Source of the DNA: Eledone cirrhosa
Taxonomy: Eukaryota
Direction of reading: 5' to 3'
Assembly: GCA_964016885.1 (NCBI GenBank)
Contig: OZ024758.1
Span: forward strand, 9,176,001-9,240,000
DNA length: 64,000 nt
The translations under genes and the position numbers were made by a program. Below the pieces are notes generated by a model. It searched no databases, was not told where the DNA came from, and worked only from the letters and a program-made list of their open reading frames with translations. Numbering within the stretch: position 1 is the stretch's first letter; the number at the start of each line of letters is the position of its first letter. Positions 26,169 through 38,942 of the stretch are shown here, piece after piece.

Positions 26169-27649
26169 GAAGCTTCAAGCTTTCTTCATATTTTCATTAA
26201 AATTTAAACTATAAAATAATTAATATTTTATTATTTATTATCTAGAATAAAATGTATATTAAAATTATTTTTAAAAAAACATTCCTGTCGTTAATATATT
26301 TAAAATAACAATAAGCAATTTTCTAAGTAGGCAATGAAGTATGGAATTTCAGTTGAGTCATAATTTTACGTGAGCAAACACGTGTGTATGTAGGCTAGGT
26401 GCTGGAGATAATTTTAGTTTCTATATTAGATAGATAGATAACTGCATTGAAATATAGCCAGGTATTTCGTCTTTAATTCATTTAGATATAATTATTGCCT
26501 CAATGATTAACTTTCCGAATAGTTTGCCATTTTGAATGATTTGTAACACGAATTTGGTAAATGATAAAGCAAGGGATTTGACTCTTAACGTCGTCGTGTT
26601 ATTTTAGCTGTAATTTATAAATATTTTACAAATATTTAATGTTATGTGACGAAATATTTACTTCGAATACAAACTCACGCAACTTCGAATATTGTATTAT
26701 AACACAACATGGATTCCATACTTTATAACATCTCACTTTTCTGCCGTTGGCTGACAAAAAGACAGCACTAAATACAATAATCTGAGTAGAAACTAAATAG
26801 ACTCATTTATTTCCCTCTTCTTCAGATAAGACAATTCCATAGATTTAAATGCAGAGGATTGTTTTACTAAGATCATTTACTAACAAAAAAATGAGCTGGT
26901 AACTAGATCTTTCTAGGTATGATATAACGACGAGCGCTTTTTTTTTTTTTCGAATTCAGGGTACCAACGAAAGTGAAAGTGTTCACCTTGTGTTATTTAA
27001 GTCAGTTACCATTTGTAACTCACTTACTTTTCGTCAGGAAAACACATTTACTTTCATAGGCCCCCAGAAAGGAACTAAAACGCACCAAAATACAAAAAGA
27101 AGAATGCAAAATATAATTTGCTTGTTCAAATTCTAATGAACATACCAAGAAGAATGTATATTTATGAGGATAGATAAGATTGATTTTTTTTTTTTCTTCA
27201 GTAAAGGTATAGTTTAAAATTAAGTGTAGTGAAAATGAAACCAACGATAATAGGGATTGTAAAAAAAAAAAATAACTTGGTTTTCCTGAAACAAATATAA
27301 TTGGTTTTAGCATGACCCCTTCCCCCATTTTTGAATACATAAACTTGGATTTGATCATACCTCCCTCATTTTTTTTTTCATATATAAATATCTACTCTTT
27401 TATTCTCGTACTGATTTCAGGCGTTAGATTGGGATTTAGTCGGGTATATCCACCCCACCTTTTTTAAAGTCTGGTACTTATTTAATTGTTGAAAGTATAT
27501 TTACATATAATGTAAACTTGACTGGCTAGTATTAATTTGCGGTAGCACTAATACAAAGTGATTCAGAATAAAGGCCTAATTAGTATGTATGTGTGTTAAT
27601 TTTCAGTTCATTTTTGACCAGATTACGAAGAAAAGGAAATTGTTGTCAT

Positions 27650-28390
27650 CCTTGGAATCATAAGAATGTTTTACAGGTTTTGAAGGTTCCAGATATTGCA
27701 GCCATTTGTAGTTTATGAATTAAGGAGCTACATTCTTTCTCCACAAATCCAAATGCAGTTTACTTTGGTCCATGTGGGTTGGTATATAACCTGTAGCTCC
27801 AATAATAATGGGTATGAAGGTAAACGTGTATCTAGGATACTGGATCTGCAAACTCCTCATCAATGATCCATAGCTATCCCTCTTCTCTTGCATTTTTCTT
27901 AGCTCAATGACATCATGCGGGTAGTTGACTTCTACAACAGAAGATGTTTTTAATGTGTGGTTTCAAACAACAATACCAGGCCAGTTGTGTCTTAATTTGG
28001 TAGTGGTTTTTATTTTTAGGTTCCACTAGCATTCCTTTGAGCCATCAGTCTCAATATATACCTCCCTATCTGATTTGATTTTTGTTTTCCATAATGTATT
28101 CCAGATTGTTCTAACTATCACATCATTCCTCATGGGGAGATATTGGAGAAAGGATATTCTTTCACAGTTGCCAAAAATGTTGCTAACATCTTTGGTCAAG
28201 ATGTTTTTGTCAACTGATGACCTTCCTCTTTTGTGCAGTAGGTACTTGGTGGGGAATTGCTAATCCTGGATTGTATGGAAGCATCCTCCAAGGTCAGATT
28301 GTTTTAGTATGGTTTATTCCCTCTATGGTCTCTGTTTTTGTCTCAAATGCTCATCTACAACCTTCTCTGTGTATTGGTACATTTTTTTGT
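27650..28390 (-). mobile_element. R4/Dong-like restriction-endonuclease non-LTR retrotransposon, degenerate C-terminus
   Basis: Manual translation: AIQD*QFPTKY...WNLKIKTTTKLRHNWPGIVV...VVEVNYPHD...QEKRDSYGSL...FIPIIIGATGYIP...KLQMAAISGTFKTCKTFL. Fits the HNRPD..E..D...K..Y..PIIIGALG pattern of these endonucleases. Confidence 0.75.
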
Positions 28391-28404
28391 TAATGTATGT
28401 ATGT

Positions 28405-28770
28405 ATGGTCAGGTCACTCTCGAGTGCTAGTGGTAACATGTAACTCAGTACAACCTGTCTCATGGTCGGGTCGTCGGCAACTAAACCGGCAACCCCACCA
28501 AGCTTGCTTGGTGAGGAGGGTGATATTTGGACACCTTGTGGGATGAAATACAAGGCCCGGCAATGGGCAGAGGAACTCGGCAGAGTCAATGGCCATCCAA
28601 ATAGCACTTTTCTTCCATTTTTTTTTTTACCTGGACATGAAAGGCCTCCAGTTGTCACAACACCTTTCTAAGAGAAGGAAACTCTGAAAAAAAAAACCTG
28701 TGGCTTTAGAAGCATCCGATGATGTTGACCAGTTCTCCTTTTCGGGTAGTATTTTCGATGCTCAGAGAGT
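28405..28770 (+). mobile_element. probable RTE LINE 5' UTR (second copy)
   Basis: Homologous to 13327-13659; starts directly after (ATGT)n; GAGAAGGAAACTCTGA at about 28673. Confidence 0.6.
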
Positions 28771-29067
28771 GGGATTGGTCGAGTGCAAGGCTTTTCCCCA
28801 CTTAAAAAACCTTCAAAGCAAAGTTTTACACAATTTTCATTATTATTTATAGTAATTGTTCTGGTTTTGGACACACACATTTCATATATATAGTAGTGTG
28901 TGTGTATGTGTGTAAATATGTGTATATAGATATTTGTATGCAAATATATATATATATAAACATAATGAAAAAATATATGTATATATAGAGAGAAAAAGCC
29001 ATGTATCATATAAGAAACACAGTATATTGTATATATACCAAATACATATTCCATAGAATATATATAC

Positions 29068-29606
29068 ATGTTACATGGCAGTGAGACCTGGGCGCTGTGT
29101 GTAGAAGACTTGCGTAGATTAGAAAGAAACGAAGCTTGCATGCTCCGATGGATGTGTAATAGTAATATACGCGAACGGCAAAGCATAAATGAATTGAGTG
29201 AGAGACTGGGCATAAGTGGAATCAAATGCTGTGTGCAGGAGAGGAGGATGCGTTGGTATGGACATGTGATGCGTATGAAGTATGACAGCTGCATAAAAAG
29301 GTGCAGAGCACTAAAAGTTGATGGAAGCCAGGAGTGGGGGGACCCCAAAAAACCTGGGATGAGGTGATAAAAACTGATCTTGCCCAATTGCACCTCTCAA
29401 TGGCGATGACACAGGACCATGACCTCTAGTGTTACGCAGTAATACAGAAGACCCGACTTCCCACAGGAACAAGTCTAAGCTGAAGCATATAGACAATATG
29501 CCCCCATCCCCTCCCACTGTAAAGTGGTCATGTAGGTGTCACAACAAAAAGCACCCAGTCCACACTGTAAAGTGGAAGAATGGACATAAAACGGTGATGA
29601 TGATGA
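29068..29606 (+). mobile_element. RTE LINE 3' fragment (same family as 6551-8209)
   Basis: MLHGSETWALCVEDLRRLERNEACMLRWMCNSNIRERQSINEL...RMRWYGHVMRMK; ends in (GAT)n. Confidence 0.9.
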
Positions 29607-29949
29607 TATCTTTTTCATTATGTTTATGATATGGCACTAGTTAATGTCTATTGAACTTGCTTATGGAGAAACACAAAATTCTAACATATTCGATATGTTT
29701 TGATTCATTCTGTGTATATATATATAACATGATCATCACCGTTTTATGTCCATTCTTCCACGCTAGCATGGGTTAGACAAGTTGTCCTGTTGTGGGCAGT
29801 GCCAGGTAGGGTGACCTTGTCTTGCTCATACAGGAACTGATTTTTGGCTTGATTTCTACAGAAATTTTCTTATTAGAGTTGGGAAGGAATCCCAGGGTGT
29901 TGGTCTGTTTCTAAATGCACCAAAGATGAAGTACATGTATGGTATACAC

Positions 29950-30900
29950 AGGCATGTGTGCGTATGTGTGGAATGCACTGAACAGTTTACACGACTTATA
30001 CATTCCTTATATGATGACATGGAAGCCTGGGTTTGTGTCAATGGTGAACTCCTAGAATATTTCTCAACATATTTCTCTTTAACATCCATTGATTCCTTGC
30101 TGCCTCAAAAATATCTACTGCACTGATACCTGATTATTTTGATGCAGACAACTGAGCTCTTGTTAGTCACATGGAAGAAGAGCTTCAACTTCTGATGTAT
30201 TGCTTCTCAGCAGCATGTGATGAGTTTGGGGTGACAATTAGCCTGAAAAGCACTGGTGATATACTAACCTGCTCCTGGAAAGCTACATACTCTACCATCC
30301 ATCTCTGCCAAAGAGAAATTTTTGGTAAGCTGGAGAAGTTCCTGCAGTCAAGCATCAGCGTACACAAGAAAGTTGAAGTGTATCAAACATGTGTGCTTAC
30401 AGCCTCGTAAGGAGGTGAGAAATGAACAACATACCGTTGGCATATCCAACACATTTCCATCAGCAATGTTTGTGTTCCATTCTCGAGATCTTGTGGAGGT
30501 CTCATACACCAGATGCAGATGTATTGCAGTGGGCTAATCTGCTAAACATCAAGTCCACGATCATGAAACAATGTCACCATTGGTCAGGTCACACATTAAG
30601 CCTAGTAGACTCTGAAAACAACCAATGTATGGAGAGATGTTGCAAAGCGAATGCTTGCAGTGCAAGCTACATAAGTGCTTTAAAGACTACCTGAAGGATA
30701 TTCTGGAAAAGGCCAAATTCAACACCAAAACATGGGAAAATCTCGCAACAGACAGACAGAGACCTCTCGTGAAATCTGATTACTACCAGTATTAAGGAAT
30801 ATGAACAAAAGCAGAGGATCACCTATGCTGAAGGGAAGTGAGCAGCTAAGTATATGGAGGAGGATAATCCGCTGCCGGGGGTTTGAAAGAGACTCTTACC
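29950..30900 (+). mobile_element. degenerate RTE/BovB-like RT fragment
   Basis: FTRLIHSLYDDMEAWVCVNGE, EEELQLLMYCFSAACDEFGVTISLK, KVEVYQTCVL, FHQQCLCSIL...WSGH across several frames. Confidence 0.8.
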
Positions 30901-31419
30901 TGTGAGGTGTATGCTACTAAGCCATAGCAAAAGTTATACTAATGAAAATAATACCTATGAGTACCCCACACAGCATGATTTGACATCCATACCAAAGTGT
31001 ATCACTTTGCTGGTCAGCTCATATAACACCACAAAGCATGTCCCATCAATGAAACTCAAGCAGGTGGGAAAATTACCTGCTTACTTTGTGATATGACATG
31101 TAAGTCCTTCATGATTGGTTTGATGAGACATTCAAGGTGACAGCAACATTAATAACACATTTTTGTCAATATCTATCTTTTGTAAGGTGTAGTCATACTC
31201 AGATGCAAATTGATTTCCACCATATATTGCTACACCAGCAAGTTTCTGTGTGCGTTTACCTTTATCTATATATGTGGTGCATTAGTATGTACTCTGGCAA
31301 CTTCTCAGCTTTCATATGTCCTTACCTATCTATATATTTGCTTGTTGTGTGCCTATGCAATCATGTTATATTCCTATGTTGTTATATATATATGGGGTTG
31401 TTACGATTCTATTCCTGCT

Positions 31420-31740
31420 TTCTATTGAGGGTGGGCTTAGTTTCTATTACATAGGTGCCTTCCTTAATCTGACTGAGCATTGTGCCATCCTTGTATGTGA
31501 ATATGTTTTTCATCTTCATAGAGCTACCATGTTCCAGTTGGTAGAGTACTGGTAGTGCTCCTTCATCGTTTTTCTACACTACAAGCTGTTTCTCTTATGT
31601 ACATTGTGGTAGTGTTTCTACAGTGTCCCTCTTTGCATCTTATTCTGTATACCACATTTTTAGTTTTACAACTTATCTGTGAGCTTACATTACAGACTAC
31701 ACAATTTTTTATTAGAACAGGGTTTTTTTTTCTTAAAAAT
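31420..31740 (-). mobile_element. Penelope-like GIY-YIG endonuclease relic
   Basis: ISCKTKNVVYRIRCKEGHC...MYIRET matches the Penelope C.S.NVVY.I.C..C...YIGET motif. Confidence 0.75.
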
Positions 31741-31811
31741 TCTTCAGAGGTAGCCAGTATGTATTGGTCAAGAGAGAAAGAGTAATTGAAGAGACACAAA
31801 CTGCTCTATCA

Positions 31812-31880
31812 GACAGCAGCAGCACCAGCAACAGTACAGTAGTAGTAGTAGCAGTAGCAGCAGAAGCAGCAGCAGCAATA
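31812..31880. repeat. (CAG/TAG)n microsatellite
   Basis: Direct reading. Confidence 0.85.
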
Positions 31881-32204
31881 GCTGGAGTAACAGACATAAG
31901 CATAGAGTTGTAGATTCAAATGGTGCATTTATTTCAAATTTTAATTAACTAAATTTAAATCTAAGCTGATCTATAACCACACTTCAGTGTAGTGTTGTTA
32001 CAGGTTCATTACATTTTTAAAAAAATGCTTGATATTCAAAAGAGTACAAGAATGAACAAGAGAGATATTTTTCATCCTTTGTCCATTGTTCAAGAAGTGA
32101 ATATAAATGTATTTGTATTTGGAGAGTCATTTATTAGAACTGTTTTAAAAGTGAGGTACAGTAGTTATATTAAAAACTTTCAGAAGAGACATAGTGGTTT
32201 ATTT

Positions 32205-33040
32205 TAACATAATCTCTCCAGTTTCTGTTGAGCAGTGCTGGCAAGATCTTCAAGTGCATTCTTTTGGATAGGCTACTAATACTAGCAGAGGATGTTCTTC
32301 CTGAATCTTAATGTAGATTTTAACCCTCCAGGGTCAATGTTGACATGATTTTCTGTGCATGATAAATTCAGGAGAAAAACAGAACAACAGCAATTACAAA
32401 TGTTTATTTTCTTTGGACTTATAAAAGACCATTAACACTGGTCAACAATAGGAACCACCTTAGCTTGTTTTGGTTACCCTCAACAATGTGTCTCTCTTGT
32501 TTGCTCCTTACATGATGGCACGTGTGGAAATGTCTGTTATCCAGGTACTTATCAGACCCTTACATAATTACTGGTGAATTGAAGCAAGGTTGTGCATTGG
32601 CACCCAAACTATTTACTTTATATCTCATTGCTATGATCAATGAGTTACCTCCTGATACCCCTAATGTAAATATTTATATGTTAGATGGTGGGTTGTTCAT
32701 TCTCTCCTGTTTCCACTCCAAGACAAAATCTATCGTCAACAGGATGTAGGGGTTACAGTATACACTTGACAATGTAACACTGACAATCAGTGAAGCTGAT
32801 CTTCAAAGGATGGTAAACCTATACACAGAAGCATATCAGTGCTTTGGAATGTAAGTAAATGCAGACAAGACAAAGATTCTAATCCAGTCAAGACGTGAAT
32901 AAACCATACCAGATGTTGATGACCATTTAGGAGGCCATTTAGAGGAAACTGTTGACCAATTTTCCTGTCTGGGTTCCATCTAGTCAAATGAAGATGTGAA
33001 AAAGATATCAATAATAGGGTTAAGGCTGACTACAATTTTT
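32205..33040 (+). mobile_element. degenerate RTE/BovB-like RT fragment
   Basis: LLSSAGKIFKCILLDRL...AEDVLPES, DMIFCA, GELKQGCALAPKLFTLY, with many stops and frameshifts. Confidence 0.8.
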
Positions 33041-33440
33041 TCCTTTCGTTTTTCTTTTCTCATCCTTGTCTTCTTTCACTTGATTTACCTCTTCACCAAT
33101 ATTCTTCCAGTGACCAACAAAGTTAAATTCTGCTGGGGTAGCCAGTACATATTGGTTATACATATTGGTACACGTTACATATTGGTACACAATGTCAAAA
33201 TATAACAAAATATAATTTTAAAAAAGGAGCATCCTATGCGAAGGGGCATCCAATAGGCTGGCAAATATGGCATATTGTTATTAATAATTTAGTGTTAAAA
33301 AATATAAATTGCCACGAAATAGTCCATAAAAAAATTTGATTTACGATTCCGTTAATATGCGGTGGTTTCAATGAACAATTATTAGTAAGGTTCTAAGGAA
33401 AATTCCGCAAATAACTAGAACCACGAATGTCGGGGATACA

Positions 33441-33636
33441 CTGTATACTCAAATATAAGCCAAGGAATATGTGACCAAAACATTGATGGTAAAATGGGGG
33501 GGGGGGGGGGGGCTTATATACACCATCTAAACAATATATTGATTAATTACCTCAGCTTATAAATGGAGTTTGGATTTTTGCCCATTTATTAGACATAAAA
33601 TAGAGGGTGGGGTGGCTTATATTCGAGTATATACAG
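33441..33636. mobile_element. Tc1/mariner (pogo/Tc2-like) MITE
   Basis: Imperfect TIRs CTGTATACTCAAATATAAGCC / GGCTTATATTCGAGTATATACAG, followed by TA. Confidence 0.7.
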
Positions 33637-33919
33637 TAAATAAAATAAAAATTTTATGTTTGAATAATATGTAGACACCTGACTTCACTGGTTCCATATA
33701 TGCATGGAAAATGGACATTAAATGGTGATGATGATGATAATTCAAAGGAGTACAAGAATGAACAAGAGAGATATTTTTATTCTTTGTCCATTGTTCAAGG
33801 ACTAAATTAAATGTATTTGCATTTGGGAGAGGCATTTATTAGAACAGTCTTAGAAGTGAGATACAGTACTTTTATTTTTTCTTGACTTTCTATAAATATA
33901 GATAAACACAGTGGGATTT

Positions 33920-34095
33920 TTATATTATATATATATATATATACATGCATAAATATATATATATACATACATGCATAAATATATATATATATATACATGC
34001 ATAAATATATATATATACATACATGCATAAATATATATATATATATATATATACATGCATAAATATATATATACATACACACACATATATATAAA
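33920..34095. repeat. TA-rich minisatellite (ATACATGCATAAATATATAT)
   Basis: About 5 copies of CATGCATAAAT separated by (TA)n. Confidence 0.85.
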
Positions 34096-34429
34096 TACAT
34101 CAACATCATCCTCATCATCATCGTTTAATATCCATATTCCATGCTAGCTATATATGTATATATTGTGTGTAAGTTTCAGTCAGTTAACAGGAATCACTCT
34201 TCGTTTGATTTTCTCAAATCTTTACCAGACACAATTCTTTCTTTATCAACAAACTAACCATTACTAGAAGCAAATAATAATTCATTTATTTACTTTACTA
34301 GAAGCAACAAGTAAATTAGTAAATTTTCTTTTCTTACACCACAATATAACCAAAGGAGGTTTTTAAGAATTAATTAACCACAACAAACAATATTCTTGCT
34401 TAATCAACTTTTTTCATTTTATTAATTAT

Positions 34430-34730
34430 TTGGATTTGAAATCCCAAATCAATTTATTATTTAAATCTTGGAAATACAAAAATAACGGAGAAAATAGAAA
34501 GTCTTAATGGTCAGGATAAATACAGTTTTCAGGACCTTCTGGGCAAAGGTGGTTTTGGGATTGTCTATAGTGGTTCTCGTAGAAGAGATAATTAACTGGT
34601 TGCTATCAAAGTAATTCAAAGAAGAAAGGTGATTGACTGGGCCCAACTGAATGGAATCCCAGTAAGAAATTATTCTGTTGAAGTAAGTAGCCGGAATTCC
34701 TGGTGTAGTTCGTGTGTTGGGCTGGTTTCA
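34430..34730 (+). pseudogene. PIM: Pim serine/threonine kinase pseudogene fragment (kinase N-lobe)
   Basis: From 34500: SLNGQDKYSFQDLLGKGGFGIVYSGSRRRDN*LVAIKVIQRRKVIDWAQLNGIPV(fs)EIILLK*VAGIPGVVRVLGWF. Aligns to Pim1 [25 protein letters not shown]...[30 protein letters not shown]. Two stops (first at 34593) and one frameshift. Confidence 0.88.
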
Positions 34731-34734
34731 TACA

Positions 34735-35745
34735 AACAATTGTTTTTAGATTAGTTGTAGGCAATAGACTGCTGATAGTTATCTCTACCTATGCTCCCCA
34801 AATAGGCCTAGGTAAAGAAGAGAAGGACTGCTTTTATGAGCAACTTCTAGAGACAACCATAATGACAGAGGACAGAGTTATACTAGCAGGGGACTTCAAT
34901 GGTCATGTTGGACAGCTCCAAGATGGATACACTATGGTACATGGTGGTCATGGTTATGGCTCAAGAAATGAAAAAAAGAGTGAGGCTTCTTGAATTTTGT
35001 GATGCAAGTGAACCATTTGCAACACTAACTTCAAGAAACCTACCAACCACCTAATAACCTACCAATCAGGCGAGCACATATGCCAGATTGACTTCTTGCT
35101 AGTTAGGCAACGAGACAGACAGATGGTTTCAAATACTGAGGCATACCCTGGGGAAGATTGTACCCACTAACATAGGTTAGTCCTTAGTGACATCTCAATA
35201 AGCAAGAGACAGAATGAGATGCACAGGAAGGTGTGGAAGCTAAAAGACCTTTCACTAAAATATAAATTCAGGAAAGCCCTTCAAGATGTGTATGACGAGA
35301 AAGAAGACGAATTAGAATAATATGACATAGATGATAACTGGAATTTCTTACGTGACAACTTACTGCAGGCTAATGAAGAGACTTGTGGCTGGAGCAGGGC
35401 TCCAACCAGACAGAGGATGACCTGGTGGTGGAACAGCACGGTAGATAGAGTCATTAAAGACAAAAGACTAGCATGGAAGGCTTGGAAAAATGGTGGGAGA
35501 AGAGACCAATACTCAGCCGCTAAAAGAGAGGCTAGACATCAGGTACACTTAGCATGCAGGGAGGCCGAGAGTAGGAGGTTTGCCAATGTTCTGTGATGAG
35601 AAGATCAGAGGCATGCAGTGTGCCGCATAACAAAGCAGTGTGTCAGTGTAAATCAGGATGTTGTTGGAGATAAGTAAGTCTAAAATGATGCTGGTGCTTA
35701 GAAAAAGGAGGCCTGGAAATGTCATTATGAGAGACTGATGAATGT
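34735..35745 (+). mobile_element. RTE LINE fragment: APE endonuclease and linker
   Basis: VISTYAPQIGL...ILAGDFNGHVG...HGGHGYGSRN...CNTNFKKP...QIDFLL...TWWWN...AWKCHYERL; stops present. Confidence 0.9.
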
Positions 35746-37397
35746 CTACCTTACTGCACAAATTGGAGACCATGAGAGGGAGGGGTACCTCGCGAACTGG
35801 GATGCAAAAGATCCATGTTGGCTTACGCCGACGACGTCACCATGGTGGTGTTGAACACCAAACACGTCCAGATGCTCGGCACCACTCTCAATCTCAAGGA
35901 ATACGAAGCAAAGATAAACCAGGAAAAGTCGATAGGCTTGCAACTCGGCACCTGGAGAGGCAAGTCCATGCCGTCCAACAGCGTCGTGGGGCACTGGATG
36001 GAAGGACCGGTTAAATTGCTCGGGGTCTGGTTCGGTCCGGTCTTCCAGATGGAGAAAAACTGGAGCGAGGTGATGAGCAGGGTGGCTTCTCTCACCCAGA
36101 AATGGGCTGAGAGGAGGCTGTCTCTGAAAGGTCGGGTGGAGTTGGCGAATGCGTACATCGCGTCCGTCATCTGCTACCGCCTGACCGTCGTACCTTGCCC
36201 CCGTCCAACTCTGACCAAAATAGAGGGCCTTCTCTTTCACTTTTTGTGGAAGGGACATGCTCCCATGGTCAAACGATCCATCTGCTGTCAGCACCCATTG
36301 CGTGGAGGACTGGGCATGCCGTGGCTGATGATGCGCTGAGGCTGCGACATCTCTGGTGCTTCCTTGATAGTGAACAGGTATGGTCACTGCTTGCCAGATG
36401 TGGTCTCCATGATGGAGTTGCAGTCCTGGATCAAGCGCTTGGGAGCTGGAATGTCTCCTAGCACTCACCACGCTCTACCAGCTGGCACTGGTATCGGTGG
36501 AACAACCACCTCAGCGTTCTATAGAGGGCTAGTGGAGGGGAAGAGCAACAACGTTCTCGGGGAAACCCTGGGCGTTGAAGACGATCAGCTGTTCGCTCTC
36601 TTTGAGAGAACTTTCATCCTGGGGCCTATGGAGAACTTCCAGAAATCCCTAGCCTGGCAGTACTTCCAGGGGGCGTTGCCGGTTCAGGATAAGCTTTACA
36701 GGCATAGAGGTGCTGTCAGCCGAACGTGTCGAAGATGCACGCAGGGTGACGAAACCATCCTGCACGCACTCGTTCAGTGACCGAGAATTGCTGAATTGTG
36801 GGGCTATGTCGAACAGTTGCTGTCGCGTGTAGGACGGATCCGGTTATCGACTGAGTCCATTGTGCAGATAGCCCCACCATCCTCCATTAAAGAGGAGGAA
36901 GGGAAGGCAGTCTTCATCTGCCTGGTGGCCATGATGAAAGAGATTGTGTGGTGGACAAGGTTGAAAGGATTGAAGACGGACACTTTCCTCTCCGGCCAAT
37001 CCCTGATTAACTTTTTCAAGTTTCACTTGAAGAGGAAAATCAGGGTGGGGAGGCAAGTGCCGTCTTCTAGTAAGTTTGTAGAAAGGTGGGTGAAAGTGGC
37101 GAGTCTGGTCTGAGTGAACGGGCCCGCTCTGAGTATGTTCCTGTAGACTGAGGAGTGGGAAAACTGAGAGAGGGTGTTTGTCCTGGTGGTCAGGGTGGCT
37201 GTGGTCTTTTGTGTGGTTTTCGCCACGAGGATCCTTGGGGAATTTTTGTTGTTTGAATTTAAAAAAAATTTGTTTTTGCACATTTCTATAACCTTTTTAC
37301 ATGGCCAAAACCCCCTTTGTACCATCCTGTACCATCTGTAATGTTTTTCTTCATGTTAGCCCTTGTGGCCAATAAAGAAACCATTATTATTATTATT
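35746..37397 (+). mobile_element. 5'-truncated Tx1/L1-clade LINE (RT, CCHC knuckle, 3' tail)
   Basis: AYADDVT, KLLGVWFG, WAERRLSLKGR, GGLGMP, CRRC..ETILHALVQ(C>stop)P; AATAAA at 37371 then (ATT)n; markedly higher GC than the flanks. Confidence 0.9.
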
Positions 37398-37398
37398 A

Positions 37399-37580
37399 GG
37401 GCAGTGGATTGGCAGAATTAGTAGAGCATTGGACAACATGCTTAGTGGCACAGAGTTACGACCATTTACGTTCTGAGTTCAAATCCTGCCGATGTTAGTT
37501 TTGCTTTTCATCCTGACTGAGGTCAATTTAATCGACTTTCTCCTCAAATGCTGGTCTTGTGCCTATAGTAGAAACAATTA
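37399..37580 (+). mobile_element. tRNA-derived SINE (family B), internally deleted
   Basis: TGGCAGAATTAG A box, GAGTTCAAATCC B box, GTAGAAACAATTATT tail. Confidence 0.85.
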
Positions 37581-37620
37581 TTATAATTATCATCATCGTC
37601 ATCATTATTAAGTTGTCAAG

Positions 37621-37803
37621 CGGTGAATTGGCAGTATCGGTAGAGGGTTGGACGCCATGCTTTCCAGCATAGTTACGTCCCTTTACGATCTGAGTTCAAA
37701 TCCCGCCGAGGTTGACTTTGCCTTTCATCCTTACGGGGTCGAGAAAATAAAGTACCAGTGATGCACTGGGTAATTGCTGGCCTTGTGCCAAATAGTAGAA
37801 ACA
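37621..37803 (+). mobile_element. tRNA-derived SINE (family B) with TSD
   Basis: A/B boxes; perfect 17-bp TSD ATTATTAAGTTGTCAAG at 37604-37620 and 37804-37820. Confidence 0.93.
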
Positions 37804-38442
37804 ATTATTAAGTTGTCAAGCCTTTGGGTTATTTATCAATTTCCGCCAACAACAGTTGGATATTGAAAGATTAAAATGAAAACGACTGTTCTTTCTTTTG
37901 CTAGAATCTGAAGAAAACTTAGAAAATTAGAAGTTTCAGCTCTCTGAGGCATTTGAAATAAATATATATAGTAAAATACTTTATAGTGGTGAATAATTGA
38001 AATGGTAATAATCTAAATATAAAGGGATGTAACAAATTAAATTATATCCATTTACATGTTCAGTTAACTTTGATTGTTATGTCTTTAAGGTTGGTAGAAC
38101 TGTCAGTAATGTAGCTACAAAATATTTGGTTTTGGTGCCTTATTGTATTAAAAGAAAAACCTACTAGAACAATTTCCATTTTGTAAAGGGACATTATCCT
38201 CCCTAATATTAGAATATTAGAGTTCTTTCCCTTGAATTAAACCTTTGACGATTTCTGTTATTTCCGATAATACATCCCAACAATATATTTGCTAAATATT
38301 TAGTTATATTTCAATTAGTATTTATTCGAACGAACTCTTGAAACTCTGTCAGATCTCTAGTACCCATGATTGTATTATATTTCAGAATCAACAGTTCTTT
38401 TGTTCAATATTTAAGAAGGCCTCTGCTTTATTCGTTTATTCA

Positions 38443-38632
38443 ATAATTGTTTCTACGTTAGGCACAAGGCCAGTAAATTACCCAGTGTATTACTGGTACT
38501 TTATTTTATCGACCCCGTAAGGATGAAAGGCAAAGTTAACCTCGGCGGGATTTGAACTCAGAATAGCAAGGGCCGTAACTCTATGCGTCAAAGCATGGCG
38601 TCCGACTCTCTACCAATACTGCCAATTCACCG
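38443..38632 (-). mobile_element. tRNA-derived SINE (family B)
   Basis: Reverse complement of the family B sequence. Confidence 0.9.
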
Positions 38633-38942
38633 ATGCATAAAATCTGTGATGGTGAATCAATTACGGGGAAAGGGATATTGTTTTAAATTTCAAGTTCTTA
38701 AGTGTCTCAAAAGATTGACATCTCACATAGGAAGTTTCTGTAATCTAGATTAAATCTACAATATGCTACCACACTTTCATGTATTATGGTCTAGTAACTC
38801 CCAATAGAGTCGTATTGAAATACGGCGTTTCTTGGACATATTAAGCCTGGGGAAGCTCATCCCTCTCCAGGCCTGAGTATAGCATATATATATATATAAA
38901 TAATAAAAAGGACGATTCGTTATGTCTTCATTACGTTTATTG

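Noticed and set aside
37399-37803. tRNA genes
   Set aside because: The A/B boxes belong to SINE heads with shared bodies, tails and TSDs; no complete cloverleaf.
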